The notes under the pieces were generated by a model, which had not been told where the DNA came from, made no database searches, and was given only the letters and a program-made list of their open reading frames with translations. A stretch of 64,000 nucleotides of DNA, taken from Dehalococcoidia bacterium. Its GTDB lineage: Bacteria > Chloroflexota > Dehalococcoidia > Lucifugimonadales > UBA3495. Below are positions 45,977 to 55,850 of the stretch, piece by piece. Every line of letters starts with the position of its first letter. The stretch's first letter is position 1. A program made the position numbers and the translations under genes. Location of the stretch: positions 4,703,814 to 4,767,813 of the forward strand of contig OZ250155.1 of NCBI GenBank assembly GCA_965237775.1. The letters run 5' to 3'.

Positions 45977-46660
45977 GGGCTGATGGGGACAGCCATGGCC
46001 GGACAACGAAAGTACCCCATGCACCTAGTCACACCCCACGGCTCTGTAATAACCACCCCACCGCCGGACGCCTCTCCGCCACTGGACAATAACAGTACCC
46101 CTTCCACATTGGGAGTCAGACGTGAAACACTTTTTTAGACGTGGACAATAAAGAAACCACTATTGAGCGTAGCATCGTGCCTGCACACGTTTCCAATCTT
46201 ACGGACAATGGAAATACAATATGGGTGCCAGTGGACGATTGTCGTGAATGCAGTGCCTGACCGGCAGGGCCGGGGCTGCGGGCATGCTGGCCGCACCCTG
46301 ACCGGCCCATCGGGTCCGGTCAACGCCGGTTGTCCTCTCCGCCGCAGTCAGGGACTCGACCACGTCCACGCGCCCTCTTCCCATCAACGGGGCTCCCTGG
46401 CGGCCAGCGCTGCGGCCACACCCTCGGCCTCCCCGGCGAGGCCTGTTCCATGAAGTCCAATTGAAAGTCCAATTGGAAGTCGCGCTCGTGTAACGGAGCC
46501 GTGCCGGTATGGTCCGGGCGGCCGCCGTGGGCTCCGGGCGGCGTCCGGGGCAAACCTGGAGGGCTGTGGTCCGGTCCGGCCCACCTGCAGTATCGACCAG
46601 ACATGGGGCGCGTTCCGGCGATGTGTGGGTACGACGCCGTCCCTGGTCTGGGTCTGTGCG

Positions 46661-46873
46661 TTAGCGGCGGTCGGTCTCGGGTGTCCAGGGCCGGGATTCG
46701 ACCCATGCCCACACATCGCACTCCCTCCACGCGACGGCGCGGGGGCCGATGTCCACGGAGGATGGGAAAAGGCCGCGCTTCTGCAGAACATAGAGGCGGG
46801 ACTTGGAGAGAGCGGTGATTCGTAGGACCTCTGGCAACCGCACAAGGCGAAACTTGATACACATAGGACGCAC
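46661..46873 (-). CDS. AlpA-family HTH regulator/excisionase-like protein
   Basis: ...FRLVRLPEVLRITALSKSRLYVLQKRGLFPSSVDIGPRAVAWRECDVWAWVESR matches the AlpA/phage-regulatory pattern. Confidence 0.7.
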   Translation of the reverse strand: MRPMCIKFRLVRLPEVLRITALSKSRLYVLQKRGLFPSSVDIGPRAVAWRECDVWAWVESRPWTPETDRR

Positions 46874-46953
46874 ACCATACCTAACCTGCCACCAGCCGGG
46901 GTTGTGTAGTGTTTCAGCCTGGATAGGCTAGTATGATGTGCCGTAGGAGGGAA

Positions 46954-46971
46954 CCCTCAGTATACTGAGGG
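46954..46971. promoter_or_regulatory. Perfect 18-bp palindrome CCCTCAGTATACTGAGGG upstream of the AlpA-like gene (possible operator)
   Basis: Read directly from the sequence, 81-98 nt upstream of the start at 46873. The function is inferred only. Confidence 0.4.
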
Positions 46972-47388
46972 TCGAGGTGTAATTTCGGGGCTTACTGCCC
47001 GTTGTGGTTGGCGGGCCTGGGCCCGCTCGTAGGTGCGGCTGGGTATCGGCAAGATTTATAACCTACGCGGTTACTTTACCATGTTATGGGGGCACGTCAA
47101 GTCCGATATCGGTAGTCCCAATGTGTGTCGGCGTTGACAATCTTCTGGCTCGCTGGTGCAACTGGTCCAATCGCCTTGGCATCCCCGTGCCCGACCGCGC
47201 CCCATCCATCCGGCATTTTAGTCCGGCGTTCTACGCTCATGACGTCCATGCAGTCTTCTTCAACAGCCCATCCGACTTGCTGTTGACACATCTGTGGCCC
47301 GGCTCGTTGAAGTGCGACAACCCCGCCACGGCCACCGGACCTGTGGACACAACCGGGCGTTAAATGCGTAAAGTGCGTAAAGACTGGG

Positions 47389-49021
47389 TCACACCACGTC
47401 CCCTATCCTGGGGTGAACCTCGAATCGGCCCCGCCCCCCTCCGGGTCTGATGTAACCGTACTCCACCAGGATGCCTATTACGGTGCGCCGGAGGTCAGGA
47501 TTGCCTCGGATATCGAGGTGCCCCAGGTGATTGGCAACCGTGTTGACGGCCAGACCGTGGCCGGTAAGCAACGGGTGCCTGCCCTCCGCGGATGCCGGGG
47601 CAACCACCACCCGTGCGATTACCTGGGCCAGGTGACTGGCGTGGCGGGCATTGTCTGTGGCCCCCGACTGGCCCGCCAACCGGGAGACCTCGCCCTGGTG
47701 CCATCCGATCAGGCGGATGGCGCGGGACATCGTATCCTCACCGGTGTACAGCGTCTCGTGCACAGACCCACCGGTGCGGTAGGCCTCCCAACCCGTCAAA
47801 AGAGCGGCCACCCTTGCGGATTGCTCCGGCGCTCTCTCCGCCCAGGTGCTCTCGTGGCGCCGCCCGTCTGCCCGCAGGCCGGCGGCCAGTGATCGCTGGC
47901 GGACGTAGAATTGATGCAGCAGGCCACGGGCGCCCTCGGACAGTACAATGAGGGTCCGCTCCCGGGGCGGCTCGCCCGGCCGGGATGCGAACTCCATCTC
48001 GCGGTCCTGCCGCTCCCGATGCCTCACCACGACCCGATTGAACGCCTGAACCCGGTCCCGGTCGTGGGCGCGTGCTCTGCCGGGGTCGGGGTAGGCATCG
48101 TCACGGGAGATAAGGCAGCGGGCGAGCAGACCGTTCAACGCCATTGCGCCGAAAAGCACGGGCGTGAGGATATCCGGCTGTCCGGCCCAGACCATTGACA
48201 TGGAGTATGTATCCACACTGATGTGGACCTGGCTGCCGTCGCGGGCCCGGATCTTCGACAACTGGCCGCTTTCCCAGCCTGAGTTCAGATACGAGACCGT
48301 GCGCGGCGCCTGATTTCTGCCGAAGGAGTGGTTGATCTGCGTCCCTGCCTCCGCCGTCCACATGGCGATGGACGGCCTCCCTCCCTGCAGCTGCTGCAGC
48401 AGGCCGTCCGTGGTGAAGTCCTGCAGAAGGGACACCGGAGTGGACGGACGGGGTCGACGTGTTCCCGGTTCGGAACCCCACTCCCAGCCGCCGTCGCCCC
48501 CTTCATGATCGCGCCGGTGGTATAGTTCCTGGGCCACGTTCCATCGAGCTTCGAGCAGGGTGTCCGCCTCCTGGTGTGAAGCAGGCTGTGGTCTTGTGGG
48601 AGCCCGACTCCGAGAGTGCAACCAGGTACAGGCTGGGCGGTGATGGGTCCGGAGCCAGGGTCTCAACCCTATAATCCTCCTGGGCCAGGAGCGCCAGCGC
48701 CCCCAGCAGGGCGGCGCCCGCCGTGGCCGCCGGGCACTGCGCCAGACGCTGCACCGCCCGGAGTACCTCTTCCAGGTCTGCCGGGAGGTAGTCCTCCGGA
48801 TATGGCGCCTGGGGGGCCGGCTCCGCCATGATCGGGGCCGGCAGGTCCGGCCATCCGGACCCGGGAGGCATGCCCTGCGTCGCTGCTCCTCCTGGAGTCG
48901 AGGCCGTGGGGTGGACCACCCCCTCGGGTCCGCTCTCCGGGCCGACGTCGAATAACGGTAGTTCCTTCGATTCCCGGGGCTCAAGATGATCGCTTGCCAT
49001 CGTCATATTCCACTCCGTCAA
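47389..49021 (-). pseudogene. DUF3987/YfjI-like island protein, frameshifted near 48.58 kb
   Basis: The N-terminal frame (48503..49021) reads ...YPEDYLPADLEEVLRAVQRLAQCPAATAGAALLGALALLAQ...LYLVALSESGSHKTTA. The C-terminal frame (47389..48984) reads sensibly only from ...HQEADTLLEARW...DFTTDGLLQQLQGGRPSIAMWTAEAGTQINHSF... onward. Confidence 0.6.
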
Positions 49022-50059
49022 CGGCAGTTGCCGGGGTCCTTGCTATGGGTCTGGCCCGGACTCCTGAGAGGCCTGCGCCGGATGCCCATGCTGGGCAACC
49101 ACGTGCGGCCACGTCCCCACGAGGACATCATAGTCGGCGTGGTTGACTTCGCGTTTTAACACAAAATGCGCATACAGGGATCACGTCCGGGGAACGCAAC
49201 GAACACGGCGGCGGGAAGGATGCGCGCGGACCCTCATCCTTCTCCCATGTCCAGTTGGCGCCAAATGCCCAGCAGGTGAGTCGGAAGACCTTGGACGGCA
49301 CCGGTGCTCGCCGGCTACCGTGTATGGGGGCCCGCCGCATCCGCCGGCCCTGTCTCAAAAACCGGCAGGAATGCTGGAGCGTAAGCTTTGGGGAAGTTGA
49401 AAAGGGAAACGAGAAGTTCCCCCTGGAGACATGGGCCGGGAGCAGAGGGGGCTGTTGTCACTGTCCCTCAACGAACTGTCTCCTCTGGACTGTCCGTCCA
49501 GCTTCGCGGCTGAGTTCGTCGACACTCTGGACGGTGACACCTGGACGGAGCTTGGGGTGGAGATAGAAGGGACCCGTTGTGAGCGCCGGCCCACCATCTC
49601 CGGGCGCCGTTCAGAGCGTGCCCGGCTGGGTGGCAGCGTCCGGGTCACCGATCCTTGCCGAGCTGCAACCGTGTTGGGCCCGTGGTTTCCATGGTCCGCA
49701 GTTCACCCTCGCCGAGGGTCTGGTTGTCGGCAGGGCGGACCCTGGAGTGAGGCAGGTGTTGAGACCGAGTGCGGCGCTTATCGGACCGATATGGCCAATG
49801 GTGGCAAACACCGGGAGCGGGCCAGCCTGACGTGTGAAATAGTCCCAGGTAGTCCCGTAAGTTCCAAAAGGTTGTGTGGGAATAACTGTGGGAATATTTC
49901 GGGATGCAGGGCATTAATTCCCGCGATTAGCTACAAATATGAAGTTGCTTATACTCCCATTCCCTCCGCCAGTTACACCTTTCTACCGTGTCTCAATAAC
50001 TTCCCTTCCTCCCCCTTCTTAGGTATTAATGTGTATCAATAAACCCCTTTCTTTGGCCA

Positions 50060-51430
50060 GTGAAGGCCTGGATAGTCCGGGGTAGTCCAGGAAAAACTGG
50101 TACATATATTGGTACGCGCGGCGGGAGTGACCGGGTGACGACGAGTCTCAAGGGCCAAGCCCTGTCGGCGGCTTTGGTGCGCACTGTCAAGGCTCCAGGC
50201 CAGTACGCCGATCTAAATGGATTGAATCTGCGGGTCGCCGACTCCGGAGCCAAATACTGGATTCAAAGGGTGACCATCGCTGGCAAACGCCGCAACATTG
50301 GCTTGGGCGGGTACCCAGCGGTGTCCTCGGCCGAGGCCAGGGCGGTGGCGGCAGCCAATCTCAGAGTAATCCGGGAAGGCCGCGACCCCATCGCCGAGAA
50401 ACGTCAGGCGGCAGAGGAACAGCGCAGGCTACCCACTCCCACTTTCGCCCATGCGGCCCAGTCGGTGATCGCCCTGCGCCGCCCAACGTGGAGCAACGCC
50501 AAGCACGCGACCCAATGGGAGAATACCCTCGCAACCTACGTTCACCCGGCCCTCGGCAAGAAGTTGGTATCAGACATTACCAGTGCCGATGTGCTGACGG
50601 TCCTAACACCAATCTGGACCACCAAGTCGGAGACGGCCAGCCGTGTCCGTCAACGCATTGAGACCGTGCTAGACTGGGCCATCGCCCAGGGCTACCGGTA
50701 CGACAATCCAGCGAGGAAGGCGATTACCAAGGTCTTGCCCCGGCAACCAAGGGTAAAAGCTCACCATTCGGCCCTGCCTTACGAAGAGGTTTCGACGGCC
50801 CTGGAGCAGGTCCGTGAGTCCACCGCCGGGGCATCGACCAAGCTCGCCTTCGAGTTCCTGGTCCTCACTGCGGCAAGGTCCGGCGAAGTGCGGCTAGCCA
50901 CGTGGCCGGAGGTCGACTGGAAGTCCAAGACTTGGACGGTCCCAGCGGCGCGCATGAAGACACGGCGAGACCACCGGGTCCCCCTGTCGGAAAGGGCATT
51001 GGCAATCCTAATCCGAGCGCAAGACCTCAGGGTCGTAGGCAGCGACTTGGTGTTTCCGGGCCGAAGTGACCGCTCACTGTCGGACATGGTCCACACCGCC
51101 CTGCTTCGGAGACTGGGCATTCCCGCGGTCTCCCACGGCTTTCGATCAAGCTTCAAGGACTGTTGCATCGAATGCACTGATACGCCTTGGGCGGTGGGAG
51201 GAGCGGCTTTGTCCCACACATTGGGCAATAGCACCGAGGCCGCCTATGCCAGGAGCGACCTTTTCGAGAGGCGCCGGGGACTGATGGAAGCTTGGGCCGA
51301 ATACTTGGATACCGGCTCCCCGGAAGCTGGACTACCAACGGAACTGGCACGTTTAGACCCAATGACCTCTACCGGGGGCCCGGCGCCTCCCTGTCAACGA
51401 GTCCTCTTAGGTCCTGACTCAGGTGGCTGA
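50060..51430 (+). CDS. Tyrosine recombinase, P4-type integrase (likely start GTG 50135)
   Basis: The arm-binding N-terminus is ALVRTVKAPGQYADLNGLNLRVADSGAKYWIQRVTIAGKRRNIGLGGYP. Catalytic residues lie in LTAARSGEVRLATW, HGFRSSFKDC and EAAYARSDLF. Confidence 0.85.
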   Translation: MKAWIVRGSPGKTGTYIGTRGGSDRVTTSLKGQALSAALVRTVKAPGQYADLNGLNLRVADSGAKYWIQRVTIAGKRRNIGLGGYPAVSSAEARAVAAANLRVIREGRDPIAEKRQAAEEQRRLPTPTFAHAAQSVIALRRPTWSNAKHATQWENTLATYVHPALGKKLVSDITSADVLTVLTPIWTTKSETASRVRQRIETVLDWAIAQGYRYDNPARKAITKVLPRQPRVKAHHSALPYEEVSTALEQVRESTAGASTKLAFEFLVLTAARSGEVRLATWPEVDWKSKTWTVPAARMKTRRDHRVPLSERALAILIRAQDLRVVGSDLVFPGRSDRSLSDMVHTALLRRLGIPAVSHGFRSSFKDCCIECTDTPWAVGGAALSHTLGNSTEAAYARSDLFERRRGLMEAWAEYLDTGSPEAGLPTELARLDPMTSTGGPAPPCQRVLLGPDSGG

Positions 51431-51617
51431 GGACCTCATCCACTTGGTCCAATGCGACGGTGGGGAAACAATCGAGGAATTCCATTGCCGTGTCGCCAGC
51501 CTGCAAGTACTCGAACAGTAGGTACACTGAGACTCGGGTGCCGCAGAACACCAATGTTCCGCCCAATATTTCGGGCCCGCTGTTGACCGCAGGGCAGGTA
51601 TCCCAGTCCATCGTCAC
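51369..51617 (-). CDS. DUF433-like small protein
   Basis: EILGGTLVFCGTRVSVYLLFEYLQAGDTAMEFLDCFP. Its 3' end overlaps the integrase 3' end by 62 nt, convergently. Confidence 0.55.
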   Translation of the reverse strand: MTMDWDTCPAVNSGPEILGGTLVFCGTRVSVYLLFEYLQAGDTAMEFLDCFPTVALDQVDEVLSHLSQDLRGLVDREAPGPR

Positions 51618-51937
51618 CGTGACTCCTATAATAATTTTTGCCCGTCTTATGCTGGTCCCGGCGCTCGCAGTATCTCAGACAATTCCTTAAGACCAAATCG
51701 GTACAGCCGGCGTGGGTGACCTCGGCCACCCACCTCTTGTCCACGAGACCCCATGTCGTTTATCTCACCTAGAATACCCCTTATAACGGCCTCGTGTAGG
51801 TTTTGGCCCTAGGTGAGGAGGACAGCACCTTGTCCTTCAGGCAAGACTCGAATGGACCGGGACATTGACGAGCCGGCAAGTTCCCGAGCAACACGCCCTT
51901 GCCTTAGCCTGGGTGGTGCAAGAGAAAGACCCCGAAC

Positions 51938-52089
51938 ATGGTAATCGTGTTCGGCTCCAGGGCAACCGGACGCCAATAGGAAGACTCTGACCTGGGCCTC
52001 ATGGTGGTGACTCGCCCGGTGTACTCGCCCGCCTTCAGGGTTGGCGCTTCCCGCACCGCCCGCAATTATTTGGAGGACAACCCGCCGAC
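51938..52089 (+). pseudogene. Nucleotidyltransferase fragment with an in-frame TAG, cut by IS630 type-2 copy C
   Basis: MVIVFGSRATGRQ*EDSDLGLMVVTRPVYSPAFRV...EDNPPT runs straight into the IS terminus. Confidence 0.45.
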
Positions 52090-52092
52090 CTA

Positions 52093-53585
52093 AACCAAAG
52101 CCAAGGTGAAACCCGCATTTGCGTCGGCTAGAATCAGGGAGGCATAGCGTCAGGACTGGGAGCAGACTGAGTGGGGATGGTGATGGGTATGAGGGGGATA
52201 AGGCCGGACTTGGAGGGGTGGCAGTTGGACTTGGCTAGTGTGCGCAGCAGGATGTACCTAGCGCCGACACCCCGGGAGAGAGAACGGTGGCACGCACTGT
52301 GGCTCCTGTGCCGGGGCCTGACCGCCTCGGGCACCGCCCAGGCACTGGGCCGGGATGCTCACACCATCGGCAGATGGGCCGCCGCCTTCGGCGAGGGAGG
52401 GCCTGCAGCCTTGATATTCGAGCAGACCGGGGGTTCCCCCCCTGAGAGGGGTAGGTAAAAAGTGAAATCAGCTACAAAACTCTGGAATGCACAGGACTCA
52501 GCCGCCGACTCCTCGCAGCGCTTAGATCGCTCCAAATCCGAGTTTTCAGGTTTGTAAACCATAGAACGAACCACCATCCTGCATGATGTTTATCAGCATG
52601 ACGCGAAAATACCTACCCCTGTCAGGTCCCCCCCCCCCGCACTTGGCGAGACGCAACAGGCGGAGTTGACGGGGGCAGTCCAGGAGTTGCCCGAGATGTC
52701 GGGGATAGAAATGGCCAACTGGACCCTTCGGCAGGCTCAGGAGGAAAGTGGTGCGGCAGTTTGTCTCGAAGCGTTTCGGCATTGGCCTGAGCCGCAGCGC
52801 TTGCCTGAACTATCTGCACCGCTTGGGGTTTGTCCTGAAGCGTCCCAAGAAGCGTCTGGTCAAGGCAGATGAGCGGAAGCGGGAGGCCTTCGTGGCGGAG
52901 TACGCCACCCTGTCGGACGAGGCGTGGCGTACGGGAGCGAAGATATTCTTCGCCGACGAGGCCCATTTCCGGGCCGATGCCGAACTGAGAGGCAAATGGA
53001 TGCTAAAGGGAGAGCCGGCCCCCCGTTTCCACGAGGGCAGGCTTTGGTGGACTCGACCAGCCCGAGCTATGGCGAAAAGGCCAGCTACTACTCGGCAGTG
53101 TGCCTGGAGACCGGTGAGGTGGAGTGGATGGACCTGGAGGGGAACAGCAACTCCGGAACCTCGGCTGCCTTCCTGGAGCGGTTGCGGCAGAGGCACTCCG
53201 GGCCGCTAGGCGTGATTTGGGACAACGCGCCGGCGCACCGCGGCGAGGCGGTGCGTGAGTATCTGCGGACGCCGGGCTTGGGGCTGCGGCTGATGAACCC
53301 CCGTTTTCACGAGGGCAGGCTCTGCCGGGCTACAGCCCGGACGGAGGCGCCGATGAGGCCATCTGGGGCTGGGCGAGAGAGGAAGCCACCGGAAACCTGT
53401 GCTTGGGAACCAAGGCCCTGGTAAAGGAGAGGGTCGGGAATTTCCTCTGCGGGCTGTCCATCCGGAAAGACGAGGTCAAGGGCCGCTGCCGCACCGTCCT
53501 GCAATCAAAGGCCGAAGGATTTCTGCGAGAATCCCAGCCCAATCACCGATGTATTGTAAATGCACTTCCCACCTTGGCTTTGGTT
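52093..53585 (+). mobile_element. IS630 type 2, copy C (two 23-nt inserts plus a MITE in the frameshift site)
   Basis: It has the same termini and C-TA...TA-G flanks as the other type-2 copies. orfA is 52171..52458. The orfB pieces are 52748..53209, 52924..53424 and 53403..53588. The inserts are at 53030-53052 and 53298-53320. Confidence 0.85.
52442..52625. mobile_element. MITE (~184 bp) related to the IS4-family element at 29341-30743
   Basis: The terminal inverted repeats are CTGAGAGGGGTAGGTA and TACCTACCCCTGTCAG. The reverse complement of the right end, CTGACAGGGGTAGGTA, matches the IS4-family terminus CTGACAGGGGTATGTA at 15 of 16 positions. It is inserted inside the poly-C frameshift run of the IS630 type-2 transposase. 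Confidence 0.75.
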
Positions 53586-53940
53586 TAGGAGGTCAATGTC
53601 ATCCAGATGTCCAGACGGGAGTTCGACTATTGCCGGGACGCATCACAGCCTATCGCGGGTCAGACAGCCCACCAAAGGACCAGCATGAACCGGTCCGACC
53701 CCTCTGCTTTGTTCTCCACGAGGCGGTCAAACATATGGTCCAAGTCCCTGCAGTACTCGTTGTTGTTATCGTTTTTGTGGTCTATCTTTCCGTCAACGGG
53801 CTGTTCCTGTTCATTGGAAAAGTCGTCCTAAGAGCTCTCATCCCCTGGGGCGTGCTGAGCCGCGCCCTCGAGCTGTTTCGCGCCCCTCAGGACCGCCTGA
53901 GCCTTCCTCCGGTTGTCATCCCGCAGGGCGTCGGCTGCCA

Positions 53941-54510
53941 TCATTTCATCCAGCCCTCAGCGGAGACGATCCTGGCGGCGTTCCCGGACTGTTCCTGGAA
54001 CTTCTCGGCTGCTGCCATGTTTTCGACAACCATGAATATCTCGCCGGGGTCATCGCCCTGGTTCCCGCCGTTGTAGGAAACGTCTTTCACCCCGGCATCG
54101 CGTGCCGCGGCAACGATGTTTGGGTCTAGGTTGAACTGGGCCTCGGCCTGGTCCAGGGATACGAAGACTGGTTGGTATAGCGCTTCTGCCAACTCCTCGG
54201 CGGCCTCGACCCGTTCCTTCCCCTCGTAGTCCAGTTTGTTGAACCCGGCGACGAGGTCGTGACGGGCTTCCTTCCGCTCAGCCGAGTTGTACTCGTTCAG
54301 TTTATTTTTTCCCTTGAATACAGCGATGGCCTTCTCGTCCGTACCTTCTAGGGCATTCTTGAAATCTGTCTTGAACGTGTCGTTGCCCTCATTCTGGCTT
54401 TTGCCATCGACTATTTCACAGAGGTCGTGTTCAATCGAGGGACTCAGCGCCGCGTGTTCGTTGCGCTCTCCAACATGCTCGAGTTTTTCTCCTTTGGCTG
54501 CTTGGACCAT
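53941..54510 (-). CDS. Hypothetical acidic protein (189 aa)
   Basis: The track ORF has ordinary composition. No family recognised. A 38-codon ORF overlaps its stop (ATGA) at 53829-53944. Confidence 0.45.
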   Translation of the reverse strand: MVQAAKGEKLEHVGERNEHAALSPSIEHDLCEIVDGKSQNEGNDTFKTDFKNALEGTDEKAIAVFKGKNKLNEYNSAERKEARHDLVAGFNKLDYEGKERVEAAEELAEALYQPVFVSLDQAEAQFNLDPNIVAAARDAGVKDVSYNGGNQGDDPGEIFMVVENMAAAEKFQEQSGNAARIVSAEGWMK

Positions 54511-54808
54511 TGCGTGATCTACTCGTTTTTGACGATGATTTTTTGGGCCGTTCTTACGGGGATTTTCGCTCCGGTTTCGGTACCGTTTTTGCGCCGGTTC
54601 CCGGTGATTGTCGCTTTGTTCTTCGCGTCAGTTTTTCAGTGATTTTCGGTTCTGTTTCTGCACCGATTTTCGTGTCGGTTTTTGCCCCGGGTTTCCGGCG
54701 ATTCCTGCACCGCTTCGAAATGATTTTTATGCCGCCTTTTGCGGCGCTGTCATAACGGTTTTGTTGGTTCTGCTATCGCACCATTTCCGCGTTTATTCTG
54801 GTCTGGCC

Positions 54809-55850
54809 TCAGGCCAAGGAGATTCGGCGGGGGTGCATCAGGTATTTGATCTGGTCCGCTATCTCAGCGTAGCGCTGGGCTGATCCGGAGGGCCTCCACG
54901 TCAGCTCTTTGTCAATTTCAATGAGGAATTTATAGTAATGTCGTAGATCATATAATGCTGGCATCCTTCCGCTGAATTCGATCCCTTCGGAAATGTTCCT
55001 GTCTTGTTCCGCCAATTCGAATGCGGCTATCCGCTCATCAAGCGTGTCGGCCCATAGACCTGCCTCTGTTAAATTTTGGAAGACGGTTGGAGGCTGCAGG
55101 TTGACCTACAGGTTGAACTCGGCACTTTCGCGCGCCATATGTTCGATGATCGAATCTTACCGTTGCCCGTCCCATTCTTTGATTGCGCGTTGTATGAAAC
55201 CGCAGTAATTCTGAAACACTTTATACGTCGCATTGGCGGCTGCGACCCTAACGGGGTCCCGCGAGGCGCGGGCGTCGTCGATGTTTTCTAGCATATCGCC
55301 GAGGTGAAACTCCAGCAGGTTGGACGTCTCGATCTTCTCCAGTTCTTTCCTGAAGTAATCGTGGTTGCGGAGGTCCTCCCTCCACAGGTCCATCAAGTAC
55401 TCCCGGAGTTCATTGCTCCTGTCCTTCGGACCGATGAAATCGTTTTCATTCCCGGTCTGTTCTTGGCTCTGGGGAAAGTACCGAATGCGGAATAGTTCAG
55501 GATATTGTTCAAACGCAGCGCCCCGATTTCCCCGTCGTGGTCACTCTTGAACACGGTCGTGGCGAATGATTCTTTATAGTTGGCTGACGCCGCGGCCGGG
55601 ATGGCATTATTGGCCGGCTCGTAGGCCTCTCCTATCTCCCGGTTCCCGCGCAGGGGATGGAATATGGACTGGGCTATCTCCAAGGCTGCCTCTTTTCTCT
55701 CCGCGTCCGTGCCGAAGTCTAGCTAGTTGAATCCAGTGACCAGGCCGGCTAATAACTCTGCCCGGTAACCCGGGTTGTAGTCCGCAAGATTCGTCCGCTG
55801 CCGGAAGACGAGGGCGGTCTCTTCGCCCGCGCTCCACTACACTCAGGCAA
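54809..55850 (-). pseudogene. Decayed coding region downstream of (perhaps once part of) the SNF2 helicase gene
   Basis: Pieces 55393..55683, 55157..55396 and 54809..55015 read as normal protein. The last two are in one frame, separated by in-frame TAA (55157-55159) and TAG (55106-55108). The first piece extends upstream through an in-frame TAG (55723-55725), and at least one frameshift lies near 55.40 kb. Confidence 0.6.

Noticed and set aside
47004-47363. 119-aa plus-strand and 64-aa minus-strand ORFs between the DUF3987-like and AlpA-like genes
   Set aside because: Neither has a recognisable motif or a convincing RBS. The minus-strand one (47097..47291) fits the operon direction but remains unsupported.
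49022-50059. tRNA or tmRNA attachment site next to the P4-type integrase (also searched 51431-52090, and a T-arm-like ACAGG-GGTTCACG-CCTGT near 59.13 kb)
   Set aside because: I could not build a cloverleaf: the acceptor stems do not pair and there is no anticodon arm. This needs tRNAscan-SE/ARAGORN on a wider region to settle.
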